A stretch of DNA of 64,000 nucleotides from Bacteroidetes bacterium CG12_big_fil_rev_8_21_14_0_65_60_17 (GTDB taxonomy: Bacteria; Bacteroidota; Rhodothermia; Rhodothermales; UBA10348): contig PCUY01000017.1 in the NCBI GenBank assembly GCA_002787815.1, positions 3,635-67,634 of the forward strand, given 5' to 3'. The position numbers and the translations under genes are program-made. Every line of letters begins with the position of its first letter. The stretch's first letter is position 1. The notes under the pieces are model-generated. The model was not told the origin of the DNA, made no database searches, and saw nothing but the letters and a program-made list of their open reading frames with translations. Positions 57,743-64,000 of the stretch are shown in pieces.

Positions 57743-60134
57743 CGGCTTCCAGGGGTTCGTTCGTCGCATGGAGTCGACTGAGGTCGAGCGCATAGTAGCC
57801 AAACGAGACAAAAGTGTCTACGTGCGCATCGTAGTGCCTGGAGAAGGGATTACCGGATTGACCGCCCGGATAGACACCCCACGCGCTGGGAATTCCGTTC
57901 GAGAAGTCAACGACGACCCTCCACGACGCGGAGTGCGTGGCCTCCATGCCGCGGGCTGGCGACAATGTCTCCTTCCAACCCGGATACGGCATTCCCTCCC
58001 TCCATAAAGCCCTCAGCGACGGACTGCGTGTTATATGCCGCATCTGGAGCGTATGCACCTCTCCCCAGGGCAAGGCCTCGTCATGCAGTGCCTGCCTGCG
58101 CACGGCCTCCCTCAGGATGTCGTCAAACGTCTCTTGCCGGGGTGTCGACGCCCGGTCAAACCATACCTCATCCACGAGGGGTTCACCATGACCGGGTTCG
58201 GCGAACATGCGCACAAAATGCGGCCTGGGAATATGCCGGAACACTTCCTCGTCCCAGACAAGCTCATAGAGCGTGTCGGCAAGCGCCGCAAAAAGCGTCG
58301 CCTCCCGGGAATCTGTCCTCATCTGCCTATCCCATGCGACCAGCCGCTCCACCAGCTCACGACCGGCCTTATCCAATCCGGTCAGTGTATCCACAAGGGG
58401 AATCAGGTAATCTGCCTGCACCGCATGAACATCGGCCTGATAGTCCATCAGGTCTGCTGCGTCATGTCCGGACTTGGCGGCAAGAAGCGTATGGATACGA
58501 CGGCTGCGAAAAATACTCCGCCAATCGAGCCCCATGTAAGGCTCCATGTCTGATGTTGGCCGCTGGTTAGTGGATGTCAGGAACCCCCGATCCGGGTTGG
58601 TCCAGGCCGGCAGTTCGTCAAACGGCACGCGTCCCTGCCATGCCGTGGCCGACGTCGATCCATCGAGCAGCCCGGTACCGGAAGAACGCTTTGGAAGATA
58701 CCCGGTGGATCGGATGGAGATTGTTCCTTCAACATCTGCATACAGGATGTTCTGCATGGGCGCATCCCACAGGCGCGTAGCATCTACGAATTCCTCATGA
58801 TTGCGTGCCCGGTGCATGGCCCAGAGCGCCTCGAGTGTCCGGTTGGGTTCGTGTCCGGTCCAGCGGATGGCAACCGGTCCGAGAGGTGTGTCTTCGACAG
58901 GACCATGGTGCGAATACCTCAACGACAGCACGACGGGCTCGCCATCCCGCACGCGGATCGTGTCCGACGTCACGACAAGTGGTCTGAACGCGCCATCGTA
59001 GAGGTACCTGTCACCGGACTCATCGAGCGTGAGAAGATAGCGGTCAATCTGATCGGCACCCGTATTGGTGAATGTCCACGCATGCGTGGGCGTAATTCCC
59101 TCGACAATGATCGGGACAGATGGGAACGTAACCCCATAGGACCTGGCTGTAGGCGTGTAGAGACCGACTTCATACCATATGGCTGGCAGCGACAGATTGA
59201 GGTGCATATCACCGGCCAGGATGGGAGCGGACGATGCGGATCGAGCGCCATTGACCGCCCAGTTGTTCGATCCCGTTCCTTCGATGTATCCGCGATAGGG
59301 ATAGCCAGAGTCGGAAAGTTGACGCAGCCCGCTCGACGTGCGCGTGATCGGGCGTGACGTGGCCGGTGCCGCCGACGCTGCACCATCGGTGTCTGACTCA
59401 ACATCCACACCTGACACAATGGGTACTTCATGGCGTGAACGCTCGGGAAAGAGCGCGGCGAAGTCACGCTGCGAAAGCAGCCGCCGCGCTTGTTCATACG
59501 CCACATCGTCACTCCTGAAACTCAGATCAAAGGTCATGAACAGTTGTAGAGCTGCCGTATACTCGGCTGAGAACCGCGCCGGAGCAAAACCCAGCAAGCG
59601 GTATTCCATCGGATACGACCGGGGAGAAAGACTGTCTATCCAGGCGTTGGCCCCGGCCGCATACCAGTCAACGGAGCGACCTGCATCGCTTGTCAGATTT
59701 TCGAGTCGGCGAGCCTGCTCACCGACCGAACGAGCCATTCCCGTGCGACGGAAAAACCTGTCCTGGTCCAGCGCATCCCGGCCGAGTACCTCAGACAGAC
59801 GACCGGTTGCGACCCGCCACAGGAACTCCATCTCGAATAGCCTGTCACGGGCTACCACATAACCCATCGCCATGACGGCGTCCTGGTCGGAACCGGCCGT
59901 AATATGAGGCACACCTCGTTCATCGAATTCGACAATGGCTGGCGACGTCATTCCGTCGAGTTGCAATACCTCACTCTCCTGCGGAGTGGCTGATCGAGCG
60001 GCGGCATACAGCCCGTTGATCGGCTCAAGAAGGGGACCGGGTGAAAATGCGCCTCCCACGGGTCTTCCCAATACCCAGACAAGACCAGCCAGCACAACGG
60101 CTGGAGGCAACAGGTGACGCAGTATCGACCTCAT
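57732..60134 (-). CDS. Penicillin-acylase-family Ntn hydrolase (S45; penicillin/AHL/N-acyl amidase type), secreted
   Basis: 800 aa with a signal peptide. Predicted autoprocessing site EGTG/SNNWAVNG, with Ser as the beta-subunit nucleophile. Family-typical length. Confidence 0.9.
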   Translation of the reverse strand: MRSILRHLLPPAVVLAGLVWVLGRPVGGAFSPGPLLEPINGLYAAARSATPQESEVLQLDGMTSPAIVEFDERGVPHITAGSDQDAVMAMGYVVARDRLFEMEFLWRVATGRLSEVLGRDALDQDRFFRRTGMARSVGEQARRLENLTSDAGRSVDWYAAGANAWIDSLSPRSYPMEYRLLGFAPARFSAEYTAALQLFMTFDLSFRSDDVAYEQARRLLSQRDFAALFPERSRHEVPIVSGVDVESDTDGAASAAPATSRPITRTSSGLRQLSDSGYPYRGYIEGTGSNNWAVNGARSASSAPILAGDMHLNLSLPAIWYEVGLYTPTARSYGVTFPSVPIIVEGITPTHAWTFTNTGADQIDRYLLTLDESGDRYLYDGAFRPLVVTSDTIRVRDGEPVVLSLRYSHHGPVEDTPLGPVAIRWTGHEPNRTLEALWAMHRARNHEEFVDATRLWDAPMQNILYADVEGTISIRSTGYLPKRSSGTGLLDGSTSATAWQGRVPFDELPAWTNPDRGFLTSTNQRPTSDMEPYMGLDWRSIFRSRRIHTLLAAKSGHDAADLMDYQADVHAVQADYLIPLVDTLTGLDKAGRELVERLVAWDRQMRTDSREATLFAALADTLYELVWDEEVFRHIPRPHFVRMFAEPGHGEPLVDEVWFDRASTPRQETFDDILREAVRRQALHDEALPWGEVHTLQMRHITRSPSLRALWREGMPYPGWKETLSPARGMEATHSASWRVVVDFSNGIPSAWGVYPGGQSGNPFSRHYDAHVDTFVSFGYYALDLSRLHATNEPLEADAK

Positions 60135-60910
60135 GCTTCCACCATTCGGCCCATCCGTGACAGGAGTTCTTCAGCCGCACCAGCGTAATCCACGGCACCC
60201 CGGGCATGCGCGTTGCGGCTGTATACGTTCCCTCCCGGTCCATGGGATATGGAGAGCGTTGTGCACGTCCTGATAATCTGTCGCATGACGTGCGGACCAT
60301 ATTTTTCCCGCATGTACGCCCGATACGAACGGTGATTCTGCTTGCGGCCGTCGACCATGGTCAAGAGAAAGCTCGGTTCGTCCAGGCCTGGATTCAGTTT
60401 CTTCCTCACCATCTGGGCCGTCTGCCAGGTCTGCTCGGCACCGACGACAGGTTGGTACTCCGGCAATACCGGGATGACTACGTGATTACTGGCCGCGAGT
60501 GCATTGAGACTGTAAACGGTGACCGCCGCCGCCGTGTCGAATAACAGGATATCGTAACCGAGAGACGGTGCATCCCGCTCCACGAATTCCTTGAGCCAGA
60601 GCACGTCAACTGGCCGCGTAAGCTTGCGCATACCCGAAGAAAGTGCCGGAGATGAAGGCATGAGCGCAAAACTGCCCGTATCCAGGATAGGCAGCACCCG
60701 ATCTGCCTTTGCATCCGGATCGAACAGAACAGCAGACGATGCCGCCGGAACCGGCTCTCCAACTCCCACCATTCGGGTCAGAAAACCCTGGGGATCCAGG
60801 TCAACAACCAGGACGTTCAGGCCCGACAACGACAAGGCGGCCGACAGGTTGATGGAAGACGTGGTCTTGCCCGTCCCTCCCTTGTGATTGCAAACTGATA
60901 TCGTAATCAT
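60131..60910 (-). CDS. ParA/Soj/MinD-superfamily P-loop ATPase (orphan, no ParB nearby)
   Basis: Start at ATG 60910. Deviant Walker A ISVCNHKGGTGKTTSSINLS, then LVVDLDPQG and ILLFDTAA (Walker B). The stop is in an ATGA overlap with the acylase start. Confidence 0.88.
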   Translation of the reverse strand: MITISVCNHKGGTGKTTSSINLSAALSLSGLNVLVVDLDPQGFLTRMVGVGEPVPAASSAVLFDPDAKADRVLPILDTGSFALMPSSPALSSGMRKLTRPVDVLWLKEFVERDAPSLGYDILLFDTAAAVTVYSLNALAASNHVVIPVLPEYQPVVGAEQTWQTAQMVRKKLNPGLDEPSFLLTMVDGRKQNHRSYRAYMREKYGPHVMRQIIRTCTTLSISHGPGGNVYSRNAHARGAVDYAGAAEELLSRMGRMVEA

Positions 60911-60960
60911 GAACGAGCGCGAACACACCGGTTGTGAAGCGACAAGTTAGGGTCTGATTT

Positions 60961-62430
60961 ATGGACCTACAACATCGCTGGTCACACCTCGCGGCAATCG
61001 GCCTCGCCTCACTGGCGGGGCTGTCGCTGGCTGCCACAGCCCCGCCAGCAGGGTTGCCAGCTACGGCACTACCCTCGATACTGGCGCTGTTCTGGTCGCT
61101 GCATCTTGCGGGTCCACAGGCGAAACCGGGCTTTCACAGGGATATCGTCTGGCCTCTTCTGGCCTATTTCCTTATTGGCTGGGGTATCTCGTACGGATGG
61201 GTCCTTGATCATATCTGGACGCGGACCGCACTCATTTCCGTATTGCTCCTGGCGTTTCTGGCACTCGTCGGGGCCATTGTCTGCCGAACGGGATATCGAC
61301 TGGCCGGGGCGTACGGCCTTGCTGCATCGGCGATGGCGCTCGAAGCCGCACTCACATTCGGACCCGTCTCCATGCCCCTGGTCAGCACCGGTTTCACGGT
61401 GTCGGGCACCTCGTGGGAAACCGTAGTCCCACTATTCGGGATAACGGGGGTGTCGTTTCTTCTCTGGGGACTGGCCGCCATGGTTTTCGGCCTGGCGCCA
61501 CGTACACAGCCCATTGTGATTCTGCTCTGGATGCTGATATCCGTTTCCGGATTTGAGGAGCGCCAGTTGTCCGTGCCGGATGCACCGTCTCCTGTGCTGC
61601 CTGTCGCACTCATTCAACCCGGCATCCCAGCAGCGTCATGGGCCAACGTACGCGACGATTCCCGTATCCATGATCTGGCCTCACGCTCCGACTCAAGCCG
61701 TCGCCTCCTGATCTGGCCGGAAACGGCGCTGCCCGTCGGTACGGCCCAGAGGCAGGATTCACTCCTTCAGCGCCACGCACCGTCAGATGTAATTGCAGGA
61801 GGTATCATGGTCAGCGATGGTGGCGACGTGCACAACGCGGCCGTGTACTGGCAAGCGCCGCATCCACCCGGAAAAAGCCGCCTGTTGTGGACCGCCAAGC
61901 GTAGGCTGATTCCGCTCGTCGAGTATATTCCTGGTCTTGAACAGGTGCCCTGGTTGGGCCTGCTGCGTGTGGACAGTGGCGGGATGTCGGGGTACGTGCC
62001 CGGACATGAGCGGGCGGTCTGGGATGTCGGGGATATCCAACTGGCTGTGCTCATATGCTATGAGAGCCTGTTCGGGTGGGAGGCCCGATCGGCGGCTCGC
62101 CAGGGTGCCGATGCGATTCTGGTGCTGTCCCAGAACGGCTGGTGGATCAACTCCCGTATGCAATTGCAGCACAGGGATATGACGGCACTCGTTGCACGAG
62201 CCATTGGACGCGCCGTGGTGATGGCGGGGGTATCGGGGTGGACGGGTATCCTGTCCGAGTCGGGGCGTGCAGGGCCGTCCCTCTCCCTCCGGGAACCGGG
62301 CGTGTTGCATGCGGATGTACGACCGCGTCCCCGAAAAACGTTGTATCTTGTAATGGGCGAAACGTTTTCAGCCATGTTTTTCGTGGTCGTCGTGAGCCTG
62401 GGTGTCTTCCAGTGGAGAAAGCATGATTGA
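60961..62430 (+). CDS. lnt: Apolipoprotein N-acyltransferase
   Basis: N-terminal multi-TM domain and a C-terminal CN-hydrolase domain with LLIWPETALP (Glu), KRRLIPLVEYIP (Lys) and LAVLICYESLF (Cys). Confidence 0.85.
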   Translation: MDLQHRWSHLAAIGLASLAGLSLAATAPPAGLPATALPSILALFWSLHLAGPQAKPGFHRDIVWPLLAYFLIGWGISYGWVLDHIWTRTALISVLLLAFLALVGAIVCRTGYRLAGAYGLAASAMALEAALTFGPVSMPLVSTGFTVSGTSWETVVPLFGITGVSFLLWGLAAMVFGLAPRTQPIVILLWMLISVSGFEERQLSVPDAPSPVLPVALIQPGIPAASWANVRDDSRIHDLASRSDSSRRLLIWPETALPVGTAQRQDSLLQRHAPSDVIAGGIMVSDGGDVHNAAVYWQAPHPPGKSRLLWTAKRRLIPLVEYIPGLEQVPWLGLLRVDSGGMSGYVPGHERAVWDVGDIQLAVLICYESLFGWEARSAARQGADAILVLSQNGWWINSRMQLQHRDMTALVARAIGRAVVMAGVSGWTGILSESGRAGPSLSLREPGVLHADVRPRPRKTLYLVMGETFSAMFFVVVVSLGVFQWRKHD

Positions 62431-63019
62431 TTTTCGAGTACCGTTCGTACTGGCCTCAGGAAGCCCGCGGCGACGGAACCTTGTTTCCCAGATCATTGAA
62501 GAGGTGACGTTTGACGTATGCGACGCTGAAGAATATCTGATTCCCGCAGAATCCGCTACAGAAGCCGTGGTGCGACTTGCCCGTGAGAAGGCAGAGCACG
62601 TGGCCAGGCGCCACGAGACGGCCCTTGTGCTCGGTGCTGACACGGTCGTCGTGCTCGATGGGGCCGTACTTGGAAAACCGGTTGATGACGAGGATGCCCG
62701 GCACATGCTGGCGAGGCTTTCCGGTCGTACGCACGATGTGTATACAGGGCTGGCGCTTGTTCATGCCGCAACATCACGAAGCGTAACAGAGCCCGTTCGC
62801 ACGCGGGTTCATTTCGATGTGCTGACGGAACGGGAAATTGCGGAATACGTCCAGACGGGCTCGCCACTGGACAAGGCGGGGGCATATGGCATCCAGGACG
62901 ACTCGGGAGCCCTCTTCGTACGTGGCATTGAAGGCGATTTCTTCAATGTCGTGGGGCTTCCACAGAACAGGCTTTACAGACTGCTCGCTGACCACTTCAA
63001 TGATCTTGTTGCCTCGTGA
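62423..63019 (+). CDS. maf: Maf-family nucleoside-triphosphate pyrophosphatase
   Basis: Start at ATG 62423. VLASGSPRRRNL, LGADTVVVLDG..LGKP, KAGAYGIQD. Confidence 0.9.
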   Translation: MIDFRVPFVLASGSPRRRNLVSQIIEEVTFDVCDAEEYLIPAESATEAVVRLAREKAEHVARRHETALVLGADTVVVLDGAVLGKPVDDEDARHMLARLSGRTHDVYTGLALVHAATSRSVTEPVRTRVHFDVLTEREIAEYVQTGSPLDKAGAYGIQDDSGALFVRGIEGDFFNVVGLPQNRLYRLLADHFNDLVAS

Positions 63020-63774
63020 CTCCGTTCCCGTCAATATCTGCACTCCTTGTTCAGGCCCGTACGGAAACTGACATGCTTCAGCAGGAGCTTACGTGCTTTT
63101 TGGAGCGAACACGCCTTGGCGAAGGCCGGATTGATACGCACAATGTGCTGACCGAGCATCTGGATGCGTCCAGACTGCACGCATACCACGTTGTATTCAT
63201 TGGTGGGTCAGGGGAGTTTTCGGCAGCAGACAACCACCCGTGGATGCAGGACCTGCTTTCGTTCGTGCGTCACGTGGTCAATACCGGAATGCCGCTCTTC
63301 GGTTCGTGTTGGGGGCATCAGGTCATTGCACGGGCTTTGGGAGGTCGCGTCGAGCATGACCCGCTGCGGGCTGAAATGGGCTGCCTTCCCGTACAGCTCA
63401 CCAGTGCCGGACTATCCGATACCTTGTTTGGTTCATTTCCCCCGACATTCCTGGCCAACATGGGACACCATGACCGTGTGACGATTCTGCCACCGGGCGC
63501 GGTCGAACTGGCACGAAGTGCGACTCAGCCATTCCAGGCGTTTCGGATGGAGGGCCGTCCGGTCTATGGCACACAATTCCATTCAGAGTTGGACGCCGCT
63601 CGCGAAAAAGAGCGACTCATCAGGTACCAGAAGTTCTACATGGATGAGATGCCCGACGCAACGGCTCTTGAGGGCGTCATTGCCGCATTGGCCGAAACCA
63701 CCGAAGTAGACCATCTTTTGTTTGACTTCCTTCGCACGTTTGCCGGTCACACCAGGCCCTGGGAAGGCCTGTAA
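63016..63774 (+). CDS. Class I glutamine amidotransferase-like protein
   Basis: GTG start in a GTGA overlap with the maf stop. Nucleophile elbow LFGSCWGHQVIARALGG and a downstream His (GTQFHSE). Confidence 0.85.
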   Translation: MTPFPSISALLVQARTETDMLQQELTCFLERTRLGEGRIDTHNVLTEHLDASRLHAYHVVFIGGSGEFSAADNHPWMQDLLSFVRHVVNTGMPLFGSCWGHQVIARALGGRVEHDPLRAEMGCLPVQLTSAGLSDTLFGSFPPTFLANMGHHDRVTILPPGAVELARSATQPFQAFRMEGRPVYGTQFHSELDAAREKERLIRYQKFYMDEMPDATALEGVIAALAETTEVDHLLFDFLRTFAGHTRPWEGL

Positions 63775-63780
63775 ACGCTG

Positions 63781-64000
63781 CTACCCCGTAAAACCCGGGT
63801 GGACCATGACATCCACAATGGGTCGCCTGGGTGTGGGCGGAGCGGGATAATCGCGGGCTTGTGCCAGGCGCACGAGAACCTGCGGCGTACCGCCCAGACC
63901 CAGAGCCTCTCCCACGTCCTTGCGGACGTGAGCCCGGTGCAAGGGCATTGAGCAAAGGGACACCCCCACATTTTCGCGTGTTGCAACGACGAGGCCACTC
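63781..64000 (-). CDS. C-terminal fragment of a possible nitroreductase-family protein (runs off the right edge)
   Basis: My translation of the minus strand: ...SGLVVATRENVGVSLCSMPLHRAHVRKDVGEALGLGGTPQVLVRLAQARDYPAPPTPRRPIVDVMVHPGFTG*. It resembles nitroreductase C-termini (LG.P....v.l...GY...p....R.P...v). Weak. Confidence 0.35.
   Translation of the reverse strand, partial: SGLVVATRENVGVSLCSMPLHRAHVRKDVGEALGLGGTPQVLVRLAQARDYPAPPTPRRPIVDVMVHPGFTG

Noticed and set aside
55665-60910. ParA-like ATPase plus LMW-PTP interpreted as a BY-kinase/Wzb polysaccharide-export pair.
   Set aside because: The ATPase has the ParA/Soj KGGTGKTT motif. It has no C-terminal tyrosine cluster, no Wzc-like TM or periplasmic domain, and no Wza or glycosyltransferases adjacent.

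Overview
Gene-dense 64-kb chromosomal segment with about 50 CDS and 3 tRNA genes. It is probably from a moderately GC-rich member of the Bacteroidota/Rhodothermota lineage. That guess rests only on gene content: an S46 dipeptidyl-peptidase, DUF4835, an ECF-sigma/FecR/STN-CarboxypepD_reg TonB receptor, and many ATGA/GTGA start-stop overlaps. Most of the window is housekeeping: lepA (partial), ileS-dksA-like-lspA, yggS, divIVA, the tesA/ybbA/ybbP-like trio, pntAA-pntAB-pntB, serA-serC, alaS, polA, thiE, rfbB-rfbA-like-rfbC, lnt and maf. There is also a striking number of peptidases (S46, M14, M24, M3, M16, a glycosylasparaginase-like Ntn hydrolase and a penicillin-acylase family protein). I found no transposase, integrase, CRISPR array, restriction-modification, toxin-antitoxin or recognisable defence genes. 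Two loci stand out. (1) At 25.5-31.9 kb there is an outer-membrane-themed cluster. It holds DUF4835, two family-less Arg-rich beta-patterned ORFs flanking an AT-rich hairpin island, a 62-nt compound palindrome, and a 954-aa lipobox/HExxH/TolB-like/Omp85-like fusion with no POTRA domains. (2) At 54.8-60.9 kb a tightly coupled minus-strand chain runs ParA-like ATPase, penicillin-acylase family, Na+ symporter, LMW-PTP, fructosamine kinase. All functional calls come from motif recognition in the supplied translations. No database search was run.
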